A stretch of DNA of 35,180 nt from a virus (Duplodnaviria; Caudoviricetes), in IMG/VR virus record IMGVR_UViG_3300030397_000237, positions 1 to 35,180 of that record; one strand, 5' to 3'. The notes below the pieces were generated by a model, which was given only the letters and a program-made list of their open reading frames with translations, did no database searches and was not told where the DNA came from. This document shows, piece after piece, positions 9,121 through 16,980 of this stretch. Numbering within the stretch: the first letter of the stretch is position 1; the number at the start of each line of letters is the position of its first letter. Both the position numbers and the translations under genes were made by a program.

Positions 9121-9452
9121 TGCAAAGAATAGTTAGAAATAGCGCAAACACACTTATATTTTATGTTCAGCCGAGCATAAGCAATCCAGAGTATTTAGTT
9201 ATTTGCACTTCTAGGAGTGATGGTACAACGGTTACTACTCACTGTTTAGATCAGAATAGCGAAGATTGTAACTGGATAGAACTAAGCATAACAGATATGG
9301 GGGGAGGGATAAAAACCTCTGTTTATAATCAGATAAACATAGAGCCTCCTGTATTTTGGGATATTAGCATTTACGAACAAGCGTCTGGCAGTTTAAATAC
9401 CGATCCTGATGCAGCTACATTATTGGTAACGGAATATTTAGAAGTTGAGTGA
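9120..9452 (+). CDS. Hypothetical structural protein
   Basis: 110 aa, translationally coupled; IYEQ.S..LNTDP motif. Confidence 0.5.
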   Translation: MQRIVRNSANTLIFYVQPSISNPEYLVICTSRSDGTTVTTHCLDQNSEDCNWIELSITDMGGGIKTSVYNQINIEPPVFWDISIYEQASGSLNTDPDAATLLVTEYLEVE

Positions 9453-9738
9453 GCTACCCCTTATTGAAATACTTGGAAGCTTTATTACTGTACTACTTAC
9501 AATTACTGTAGTACTTATAAAAACAGCTATTAACAGGTATGTGTCTGAGCATGAAAAGATGATCAATAAGATAGATGAGCTTAAAACTGAAATACACGAA
9601 CTAATCACCAAGAACAATTTACTAGAATCAAATATGGCTTCTTCTTTGGACCACATAGCAAGGATCAACGAAAAAGTAACTAAGAATACAGAAAGGTTAA
9701 TTGTAGTAGAACAACTATCTGGTATATGGCGAAAGTAG
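9445..9738 (+). CDS. Single-TM plus coiled-coil protein (holin-like)
   Basis: Hydrophobic residues ~6-25 followed by a heptad-rich helix; two genes upstream of the endolysin. Confidence 0.55.
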   Translation: MSELPLIEILGSFITVLLTITVVLIKTAINRYVSEHEKMINKIDELKTEIHELITKNNLLESNMASSLDHIARINEKVTKNTERLIVVEQLSGIWRK

Positions 9739-10037
9739 GTATTGTAGATGATAATTATGAGAACTGTGAGTTCTTAAAGATACTCTTTCCAGATAGTGTA
9801 ACGAATGATGGATCAAGTTATATTGGTAATTGTGAATATTATATTGTAGATTATTTATTGGTAGGTAAAACGGGATTAGATTACTGTAAAGAGTATGAAA
9901 TACCATTTAATAAGGTTATTATAATGACAGCGTTAAGAGATTACCAAATATCGGTAGATGTAATCAGAAAAGGATGCTTAGCTTATGTAGAAAAAGGATT
10001 TACTATAGATGAATTTAAGAAGATAATCAATGTATAA
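9726..10037 (+). CDS. Stand-alone response-regulator receiver (CheY-like) protein
   Basis: IVDD (D8,D9), YYIVD (D42), G.TGLD, VIIMTA (T68), G..AYVEK (Y87,K90), in correct REC order. Confidence 0.85.
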   Translation: MAKVGIVDDNYENCEFLKILFPDSVTNDGSSYIGNCEYYIVDYLLVGKTGLDYCKEYEIPFNKVIIMTALRDYQISVDVIRKGCLAYVEKGFTIDEFKKIINV

Positions 10038-10464
10038 GTTCGGAGAAAGAAGTTTAAATAATCTAGAAAGTTGCCACGAAGATCTTCAGTTAATAGCTAA
10101 TGAGGCTCTTAAGGTTTCTCAGGTAGATTTTGGCATTAGCGAAGGGCATAGGAGCCTTCAAAGGCAATTAGAGTTGTTTAACGCTGGTAAGAGTAAGATA
10201 GACGGGGTAACTAAAAAAGGTAAACATAATTACAATCCTTCTTTGGCGTTTGATTTTTATGCGTATGTGCCAGGTAAGAAAGAATTAGCTTTTGATGTAA
10301 CGCATTTAATGTACATAGTAGGAGTGATCACAGCGGTAGGAGAGAGATTATACCAAGAGGGCAAAATAAGCCATAAGGTGAGAAGCGGTGCGAACTGGGA
10401 TGGTGACGGAGAGTTAAAATACGATCAGAGCTTTTTCGATGCACCTCACATTCAGATAGTTTGA
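10030..10464 (+). CDS. Endolysin, M15-family (L-Ala-D-Glu-type) peptidase
   Basis: S..NL..CHEDLQ, EGHRS..RQ..L...GKSK, KHN..PSLAFD, GANWD, DAPHIQ (Zn ligands H, D, H). Confidence 0.9.
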   Translation: MYKFGERSLNNLESCHEDLQLIANEALKVSQVDFGISEGHRSLQRQLELFNAGKSKIDGVTKKGKHNYNPSLAFDFYAYVPGKKELAFDVTHLMYIVGVITAVGERLYQEGKISHKVRSGANWDGDGELKYDQSFFDAPHIQIV

Positions 10465-10727
10465 AACCAAAACCCAAAAATATGAGTTTTTTAAATTTAA
10501 TTCCCGTTTTAAGTAGTGCTGTACAGGGCTTGCAAGATGCTTTACCTGTAGTAGGAACTATAAAGCAAAACATACAAGATTTAAGTGGAGGAAAAGGAAA
10601 AGTAAATTACGTACGATTGGTAACTAATATATTGAGTTATGCGGTACAGATTTATATTATTTATTTAATCGCTAAAGGAAGCTTAGAAGCCGAAACTGGG
10701 CAAGAGCTTCTTGACGAGGTTAAGTGA
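10461..10727 (+). CDS. Small membrane protein, second holin candidate
   Basis: Follows the endolysin by TTGA overlap; C-terminal hydrophobic segment LVTNILSYAVQIYIIYLIA. Confidence 0.5.
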   Translation: MKPKPKNMSFLNLIPVLSSAVQGLQDALPVVGTIKQNIQDLSGGKGKVNYVRLVTNILSYAVQIYIIYLIAKGSLEAETGQELLDEVK

Positions 10728-11079
10728 AGGAATCCAAGAGATCCTTTTCGGCCTGGATCAACTCTTCCATTCTACGAGAGTAATATTCGTTAAAAGATAC
10801 TTCTTGATTAGTCTGTTCATAGCGCCTGTAGAGAACGTTCCGCAGGCGTTTTGATTTAGATAACTTTTTATCTTCTATCTCTACACTATCTAGCTCTTCT
10901 ACCTCTCTAGCGTATATATCTTGCCCTGCTCTAAAGTAAAGCACTCCGAAGCTATCCATTAGCTTGTCTATGTTTAGTATTTGCTCAGAAGGTATTTCTT
11001 GTGTCACAAAAGAGATCGAAACGCTTTTATCTTTTCGTCTACGGTAAGAAGTAAGGTATGCTAAGTTTAGAATTTTCAC
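10720..11079 (-). CDS. Hypothetical phage protein
   Basis: 119-aa ORF converging on the lysis genes; SKRLRNVLY...FNEYY...ME motif. Confidence 0.6.
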   Translation of the reverse strand: MKILNLAYLTSYRRRKDKSVSISFVTQEIPSEQILNIDKLMDSFGVLYFRAGQDIYAREVEELDSVEIEDKKLSKSKRLRNVLYRRYEQTNQEVSFNEYYSRRMEELIQAEKDLLDSFT

Positions 11080-11094
11080 GAATTTTCACGAATT

Positions 11095-11124
11095 AAAAAG
11101 AGGGAATCCACCACAGTTCCCTCT
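11095..11124 (-). terminator. Intrinsic terminator-like hairpin on the minus strand
   Basis: AGAGGGAA/TTCCCTCT 8-bp stem preceded by an A-run on + (U-tract on -). Confidence 0.55.
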
Positions 11125-11186
11125 AAACTTCTAAAGTTTTATCCCTTAAAGGGTTCTATTTAGAATTGATCAATTGAATATAAAAT

Positions 11187-11216
11187 AAAAAAGAGAGAAC
11201 AACAATGGCCCTCTCT
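11187..11216 (-). terminator. Second, weaker minus-strand terminator-like hairpin
   Basis: AGAGAG/CTCTCT stem preceded by A6 on +. Confidence 0.35.
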
Positions 11217-11345
11217 CTGCTTATGGATAATTGCTCTCGCAATCATAGGAACCTAAAGATACAAAAAATAAACTTGTATAGGTGTGTAAAAAAGTGTAGT
11301 TTTGGGTAAACTACAAAATACCTGTTAATCACAAACAAATTAATT

Positions 11346-11747
11346 ATGAAAAAACTGAGTTTAATTTTACTAGTAGGAATTATGTTATCACTTTCATCTT
11401 GTTGGGATTTTAGAAGAGAGCAACACATGAAAGATGCGGAAGCCAATGGTAAGGCAACATTGCTTGAGGCTGAAAGCTCGAAAAAAGCTCTCATTGAACA
11501 GGCAAAAGCTGAAAATGAGGCTGCAACACTTCAAGCTGAGGCGAGGGTGAAAATAGCTAAAGCAGAAGCAGAAGCAGAGATTGAAAGAGCAAAGGGTGTA
11601 GCAGAAGCAAATAGAATCATTGGTGAATCAATGAAAGGAAATAGAGAGTACTTGGAGTACTTAAAAATTAATGCCATTAGAACTGGAAAGGGAGATAAAA
11701 TCTATATTCCAACAGAGGCAACATTACCAATAACAGAGGCTAAATGA
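11346..11747 (+). CDS. Lipoprotein with an SPFH/band-7-like C-terminal coiled coil
   Basis: Signal peptide II MKKLSLILLVGIMLSLSS-C; AEA-rich coil, ERAKGVAEANRII..S....YL.YL, IYIPTE. Confidence 0.7.
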   Translation: MKKLSLILLVGIMLSLSSCWDFRREQHMKDAEANGKATLLEAESSKKALIEQAKAENEAATLQAEARVKIAKAEAEAEIERAKGVAEANRIIGESMKGNREYLEYLKINAIRTGKGDKIYIPTEATLPITEAK

Positions 11748-11845
11748 AATACACATTAATTCTTTTAATCGGAATACCCGTTTTGATAGCACTATATTTC
11801 TTCGTTGGTGTTGCAATTAGAGATTACTTTAAGAATAAGAAGTAG
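11744..11845 (+). CDS. 33-aa single-TM peptide (MKYTLILLIGIPVLIALYFFVGVAIRDYFKNKK), not in the ORF track
   Basis: ATGA overlap with the lipoprotein stop; hydrophobic core, basic tail. Confidence 0.6.
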   Translation: MKYTLILLIGIPVLIALYFFVGVAIRDYFKNKK

Positions 11846-11865
11846 AATTTTGGAAAAATAAAGAA

Positions 11866-11992
11866 AACGTATTGTAATGTGAAAAGTTGCTTAATTAAAG
11901 AGAACTAACCTAAGCAATTTTTTATATTACTTGTTATGTACTGGCGCATCTAACCACAAAGATTGCGTACAGATATTGCGCTTGTACATAAC
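11866..11992. repeat. Two adjacent long inverted repeats
   Basis: 20-bp stem 11874-11893/11911-11930 (three G-T pairs) flanked by AAC and GTT; then GTTATGTAC (11933-41)...GTACATAAC (11984-92) with inner GCGCA/TGCGC. Confidence 0.8.
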
Positions 11993-12053
11993 GTGTTATA
12001 AACGTAACTAAAGAGTAAACAGCTACTGATTTATAAATAATTATATTTACACA

Positions 12054-12302
12054 ATGGAATTTAAGTACGGGTTCACATACAACGGTACTAGATTTGGATG
12101 GAAAAACAAGAAACTTTACAGATTACCATTCGAAGCTAATAATAGAAGTTACGGATTAAAAGAGATTAAACCGCTATTGACAGGAACAACTATTTGTTAT
12201 AATATTAGAAAAAATAGATTTACTATTAACGCTTTGGAGAGAATGACCGAAGAGGTAGATTGGAAAGTTAAAGTTATAAAATCAGAAGATTGCCCGTTCT
12301 AA
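12054..12302 (+). CDS. Hypothetical protein
   Basis: 82-aa basic ORF (GWKNKKLYRLP), ends DCPF; preceded by a TATATTTA -7-like box. Confidence 0.6.
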   Translation: MEFKYGFTYNGTRFGWKNKKLYRLPFEANNRSYGLKEIKPLLTGTTICYNIRKNRFTINALERMTEEVDWKVKVIKSEDCPF

Positions 12303-12694
12303 AAAAGAAAACCATACCAAAACTTAAGAAAGATTTAGACGCTATCTTTTCTAAGTACATCCGATTAAAATACTCCAAAAACGGAATAACTCATTGTTAC
12401 ACTTGTGGCCGCCCTCATGAGTGGAAATGGATACAAAATGGCCATTATGTTTCTAGGCGATACACTGCAACTCGTTGGGATGAAGGCAATTGCAAGCCAC
12501 AATGTATCTCGTGCAATCTATACAACGAAGGCATGAAAAACGTTTTTGCTATAAATTTAGTACGAGAATATGGGGTAGAACATTTAGAGAAGCTAGAGAT
12601 TAAAAAGAATAACAAATCTAAAATGGATCGTTTTGCTTACGAAACACTTATTAACGATTATAAGGAAAAAGTATCAAAACTCACTAGTGTTTAG
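12290..12694 (+). CDS. ninG: NinG/Rap-family endonuclease
   Basis: LD.IFSKYIRL, CYTCG, GHYVSR, RWDE.NC..QC.SCN. Confidence 0.85.
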   Translation: MPVLKKKTIPKLKKDLDAIFSKYIRLKYSKNGITHCYTCGRPHEWKWIQNGHYVSRRYTATRWDEGNCKPQCISCNLYNEGMKNVFAINLVREYGVEHLEKLEIKKNNKSKMDRFAYETLINDYKEKVSKLTSV

Positions 12695-13147
12695 CCTTTC
12701 TAGATCATAAATCTCTTTTTCGGTTAAATCCCATAAATTCTTAAAAGAGCTATAATGAAAATACACGTATTGATCCTCAAATAAAGGGTAGTTTCTTTTA
12801 TTTCCGTTATACGTTACCTCTATAGGGTTTTTTAGTTCAGAAAGAAAGTTTCCATAAATTTTACCTAGTTTTTCGTCTACCATGTAAACGTAGAAAGGCG
12901 TGTTTTTAGATAAAATCAGGTACTTTTCGTAATCATTTCTATCAAAACCAGTATCAGGGTACAGATCTCGTATTCTTTTGCATTTTACATCACACATTAC
13001 AAGGAATTCTTTTACTAAGATAAAATCACACACATGAGATCGATCCATAGCGGGTATGTAGTAGTTGTAGTATGGTTTTATGCGGTTAAGAACTATTTGT
13101 TCTGCTAAAGTTCCTTTTTCGGTGGTTAAAAAATCACTGAAAGCCAT
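12674..13147 (-). CDS. PD-(D/E)xK-superfamily nuclease-like protein
   Basis: KG..AE..V, CDF, MCDVKCK motif order. Confidence 0.55.
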   Translation of the reverse strand: MAFSDFLTTEKGTLAEQIVLNRIKPYYNYYIPAMDRSHVCDFILVKEFLVMCDVKCKRIRDLYPDTGFDRNDYEKYLILSKNTPFYVYMVDEKLGKIYGNFLSELKNPIEVTYNGNKRNYPLFEDQYVYFHYSSFKNLWDLTEKEIYDLERLNTSEF

Positions 13148-13325
13148 GTACCCAAGTTTTAAAAGTTTTTAAATCTCCTGTAGAATTACACCCAAAACAT
13201 TCATATACATTTCGGGTTTTACTAATTACAAACCCTTTATGACAACATCTAGGGCATGTTCCTATCCATCCAGTGTCTATGGGTTGTAATTCGGTGTAGC
13301 GCTCAACTGTTTTATTTAGCTTCAT
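13134..13325 (-). CDS. Stand-alone primase-type (CHC2-like) zinc-binding domain
   Basis: VERYTELQP...W.GTCPRC...F......YECFGC..TGD matches the DnaG N-terminal zinc ribbon; only 63 aa. Confidence 0.65.
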   Translation of the reverse strand: MKLNKTVERYTELQPIDTGWIGTCPRCCHKGFVISKTRNVYECFGCNSTGDLKTFKTWVHGFQ

Positions 13326-14034
13326 CTTTTATGTAGCGTTTTATTTTTAATGTTTCTCTTATAACATTTTTCATTTCAGGTGTAAATGTGGAAGGATTTA
13401 ATCCTCTATTTTTGATTATCTCATTTATATAACATTCGTGCAAATTATGCCTCCTTCTTTTTAAATCTACAACACAACTTTTTTTATACCTTTCCATTAC
13501 TTTGTTGTTACTATTTCTGCTATGTTTAACTTTTTCATATTTACACTTATAGCAAGTGTTAGAGTATCTATCTAAAGTTCTATTTCCCCATCTTTCTTTG
13601 GTAAAAGAATAGTTAGAAATATCTTTAATGTTACCACAGTTAGAACATCTTTTTTCGACAATTTTATTTCTTTTATAGAAACACATTGGTTGATATTTAT
13701 TATTTCCAATTGTATATATTTTCCAATATAAATTGTTTAGGTTATTGTTGAATAGATCACCATCAATGTTATCAAGAACGTATGTGTGAAAAATATCTGG
13801 TGGTTTCAAACGGAAATATTTAATCATTAATGAATGAACAGGTATCGATCTTCTTGTATGTAGAAAAGCTATAGATACGTATGCCTTTCTTTTGTAATCA
13901 CATCGATCAGTAACTTTAATCAATTTATCATGGTATCTTTTTCCAGATTTATAATAACGGTAATGTGATACCACATTACCATCTTCTCTTATAGAGTACC
14001 TTTTGTCGGTTTTTTCAATAAAATACTTTTTCAT
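13312..14034 (-). CDS. NUMOD4/HNH-like protein with degenerate HNH and a C-terminal CxxC-CxxC finger
   Basis: YSIREDGNV.S, VHSLM...F, DNIDGD..NN.LNNL.W; KRCSNCG...CYKC. Confidence 0.6.
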   Translation of the reverse strand: MKKYFIEKTDKRYSIREDGNVVSHYRYYKSGKRYHDKLIKVTDRCDYKRKAYVSIAFLHTRRSIPVHSLMIKYFRLKPPDIFHTYVLDNIDGDLFNNNLNNLYWKIYTIGNNKYQPMCFYKRNKIVEKRCSNCGNIKDISNYSFTKERWGNRTLDRYSNTCYKCKYEKVKHSRNSNNKVMERYKKSCVVDLKRRRHNLHECYINEIIKNRGLNPSTFTPEMKNVIRETLKIKRYIKDEAK

Positions 14035-14231
14035 TTTTTAGGAGTTTTTAGAAATTCTATCTCTGTTTTCTTACTTAAAAATTTGTTGTAGTCAGCTTCT
14101 ACGCTACAACTTTTTAAAATAGAATTAGTTAGTGCTACCATAGATTTAGCAGAAGCAGTATTTATTTTTCTATTTTTTAAATCATCAAATACTTTTACTA
14201 ATTCATCTCTTAATTCAGTCGTGTTTTTCAT
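14031..14231 (-). CDS. Hypothetical protein
   Basis: 66-aa helical ORF coupled to the next gene; AT-rich leader. Confidence 0.6.
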   Translation of the reverse strand: MKNTTELRDELVKVFDDLKNRKINTASAKSMVALTNSILKSCSVEADYNKFLSKKTEIEFLKTPKK

Positions 14232-14347
14232 AATTGTAAAGTTTAATTTATTATTTATTATTTATTATAATGCGTTTTAACGAACGATCTTTTTTAAAAT
14301 GATACAATATACCAGAGAGTGGGAGAAGTGCTCTAATTTAGCCCTCC

Positions 14348-14713
14348 CTACATGTTTAAAATAGATTTTTTAATTATAGTTGGATTAGGATATTGATCAA
14401 ATTCTAATTCGAATCCATAAAAGTGATCATTTCGTTGGTCCATGATGTATTTTACATGATCTACGAATTTATATTTGCTTTCAGGTTTACAAATGTTTTT
14501 GATCTCAACTTTTCCCAAAGGCATTTCATAGAAATATTTTAAGATTTTGTCATTATACTGAATGTCGTTCATGATAATAGATTGTAGGTTTTTAATTGAT
14601 TGTTTACTAGCGTTTATGTGATCCTTCCAATATTTAAACTTATAAGAAGAAATTAGTTTAATGTTTTGGTATTCTGCTTTTATGCAATATTTTATTTTAG
14701 AATGGTGTTTCAT
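14348..14713 (-). CDS. Hypothetical protein (true start may be internal)
   Basis: ORF directly downstream of the helicase. Confidence 0.5.
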   Translation of the reverse strand: MKHHSKIKYCIKAEYQNIKLISSYKFKYWKDHINASKQSIKNLQSIIMNDIQYNDKILKYFYEMPLGKVEIKNICKPESKYKFVDHVKYIMDQRNDHFYGFELEFDQYPNPTIIKKSILNM

Positions 14714-15959
14714 CTATGTTTGAGAATTTAGTTAAGAACTTATTGAATTGTAATGGTATTGTTGTGATTCCTACGTTTCTCCCTTTTGCGATCATTAAAT
14801 CGGCTTTGCCTTGTGTGCTTTCGCCATTTTCATAAATCATTATTCCGTAATGCTCTGGCCTATAAAGCAACATTACAATATCAGCGGCTTCTTCTATTTG
14901 GCCTGAATCTCTTAGATCTGACAACATTGGCATGTTACCATCTCTTTTGTTTTTTGATCTGTTTAACTGAGATAAACATACAATGCAAATATCCAGCTCC
15001 TTCGCGGTGTTTTTTAACCTACGTGCTATCGTTCCTACCTCCTGTTCCCTGCTTAATCCCTTTTCGCCTCTTACTAGTTGTAAATAATCAATAAAAACAA
15101 CTTTTATATCGTGTTGTAATTTCATTCTATGTATCGAAGATGTAATGTGTGAGAGGTTTGTGGAGTTGCATTCATCTACAAATATTTTCCTTTCTTTAAG
15201 CTTCTTAGAAGCATCTTCAATGATAATTTTATCAGATCCAGATAGCCGTTTTTGCTGTATGTTCTTAGAATTTATCGAGGATAGTATGCTTGTTAGCCTT
15301 GTGGTTAATTGAAAGGAACTCATTTCCATGGAATAAAATACACAAGGAACTTCAATAGATAGGTTGAGTAAAAAGTTTATGGCTAAGGATGTTTTGCCTT
15401 GAGAAGTATCGCCTGCAATAATTACTAAATCACTCTTTTGTAACCCTCCTGTGAATTTATCAAAATCCGTGAACCCTGTTTTGTAACCTACCTGATCTTT
15501 TGAAGAGATTATATCTAACATCTCTTTTACTATCTGTTCAGCATTTAAAACCGAATCTTTATTTGAGGCATTTAGAGCCGATATAACGGCATTTAATTTT
15601 TCACTAGCTTCTTGCCACCTAGAATTATTTTCAATGCAGGAGATCGCATTAAAAGCGGCTTCTTTGAGAGATTTAGATTTGTAGTGGTCACTAATAACTG
15701 AAATGCTTTCATAAATTGAAATATCATAGTCAATAGATCGTTCGATGTCTGATAGTATTTTGTAGTTTGTGTCATTACCACTACAGAGCGACATAACAGA
15801 AATGTTTTTAGCATGCTTTTCTTCGATATTAGCGTAATAGCCTTTGAAGGGTTCGGTAAACATTTCTTTATCTAGGTGCTTAGACACCTCGAAGTAGTTG
15901 TTGTTGTCATGAAGGATTTGAGCGATAATTTGCTTTTGGCTTAATTCATAGATACTCAT
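14697..15959 (-). CDS. dnaB: Replicative DnaB-family helicase
   Basis: TGF..FDK.TGGLQ..DL.IIAG...QGKT, SMEMS, IDYLQL, LSQLNR, SDLRDSGQIEEAAD, AKGRN. Confidence 0.95.
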   Translation of the reverse strand: MSIYELSQKQIIAQILHDNNNYFEVSKHLDKEMFTEPFKGYYANIEEKHAKNISVMSLCSGNDTNYKILSDIERSIDYDISIYESISVISDHYKSKSLKEAAFNAISCIENNSRWQEASEKLNAVISALNASNKDSVLNAEQIVKEMLDIISSKDQVGYKTGFTDFDKFTGGLQKSDLVIIAGDTSQGKTSLAINFLLNLSIEVPCVFYSMEMSSFQLTTRLTSILSSINSKNIQQKRLSGSDKIIIEDASKKLKERKIFVDECNSTNLSHITSSIHRMKLQHDIKVVFIDYLQLVRGEKGLSREQEVGTIARRLKNTAKELDICIVCLSQLNRSKNKRDGNMPMLSDLRDSGQIEEAADIVMLLYRPEHYGIMIYENGESTQGKADLMIAKGRNVGITTIPLQFNKFLTKFSNIDETPF

Positions 15960-16677
15960 TGTAGTTGGGTTTTTTAGCTTGTATGAACTTTTGATTATTA
16001 TCTGTATTGGAATTACGTTGCCAACGCTTAAGCCTTCTGTTTATATCCCACGTTTTCTCTTTTTCGTACCTAAGCTTACCTCTTTTGTCTGGTTCGGTCC
16101 AATAATCACAGAACTCTTCGATCATTTGTTTTGGGAAATCTAAATTGAATGCCTCGGCTCTAAATTCTTTTTCTTTTTGCGCGGAACCTTTTTCTTTTTC
16201 TTTTTTAGATTCTAAGGTGCAATTACGTATGTCGTCATTACGTATAAACTTTTCTTTTAAACTATTATTAGTATTTAGTATAGTTAGTTCTTTAGTATAA
16301 TCAGTATTTAGTAGTCGGCCCTTTTCGGAAATGCCTTTTTCGGAAATGCCTTTATCGGCATTCCCATTTTGGGCATTCGGTGTATCATAGACTACATGGT
16401 TGAAACCTTTAAAATGCCCTTGTTCATTTCTCATTTCTACGCTTAAAACATAACCAACTTCTTGAAGTTCCTTAAATCCAGATCTAATAGATTTTTCTCC
16501 ATCCTTAAAATGGTTAGGTAATTCTGATAAGTAAACTACCCAATTAAGAGGTTTGGATAGTAGATAGCATAAAATACCTTTTGCTTTGGCAGATAGATTC
16601 GTATCATTTAAGATACTATTAGGTATTACAGTGTATTTGTCTGTGCTTTTAGATCGTATTATTTGCCCTGTATTCAT
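15946..16677 (-). CDS. Replication initiator (lambda O-like organisation, N-terminal winged HTH)
   Basis: YTVIPN.IL.D.NLS.KAKG.L.YLLS.P.NW, ...ELQE.GY; internal iterons; C-terminal F.DYW.E...TWD..RRL..W; adjacent to dnaB. Confidence 0.85.
   Translation of the reverse strand: MNTGQIIRSKSTDKYTVIPNSILNDTNLSAKAKGILCYLLSKPLNWVVYLSELPNHFKDGEKSIRSGFKELQEVGYVLSVEMRNEQGHFKGFNHVVYDTPNAQNGNADKGISEKGISEKGRLLNTDYTKELTILNTNNSLKEKFIRNDDIRNCTLESKKEKEKGSAQKEKEFRAEAFNLDFPKQMIEEFCDYWTEPDKRGKLRYEKEKTWDINRRLKRWQRNSNTDNNQKFIQAKKPNYNEYL
16321..16380. repeat. Four 15-bp iterons, probable replication origin
   Basis: CTTTTCGGAAATGCC, TTTTTCGGAAATGCC, TTTATCGGCATTCCC, ATTTTGGGCATTCGG in tandem, next to an AT-rich tract (~16250-16310). 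Confidence 0.75.
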
Positions 16678-16877
16678 ATTAAGTTTTTTGATTTAGCATT
16701 ACTAATAATCCTCTTACATTCATTTATATTTATTTCGAAAAAATGAGCTAGATATTCAGGTTTAGCTCCTTTATGCCAAGATTTATACTCAGTTATTACT
16801 AATTTTTCAATCCAAGATAAATCTTTTGCTAGCCAAACTTCCATTGGAATAAATACACCTTCAAATTTCCTGACCAT
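16674..16877 (-). CDS. Small HTH-like protein resembling an initiator N-terminus
   Basis: RKFEGVFIP.EVWL..DLS..EK, YLA.FF.I...C..IIS...K.LI. Confidence 0.6.
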   Translation of the reverse strand: MVRKFEGVFIPMEVWLAKDLSWIEKLVITEYKSWHKGAKPEYLAHFFEININECKRIISNAKSKNLI

Positions 16878-16894
16878 AAATAATAGTTTAAAAT

Positions 16895-16978
16895 GCAGAG
16901 GCTCTGTGTGTCAGCACAATGGAAAGTGAGCCCCTGCTATTTATGAATACAATATCGTTTTTGATTTTATGCTGACAC
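16895..16978 (-). promoter_or_regulatory. Structured 5' leader of the replication operon
   Basis: Stem 16895-16904/16928-16937 whose loop (GTGTCAGCA 16908-16) is complementary to 16970-78 at the transcript 5' end. Confidence 0.6.
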
Positions 16979-16980
16979 TA

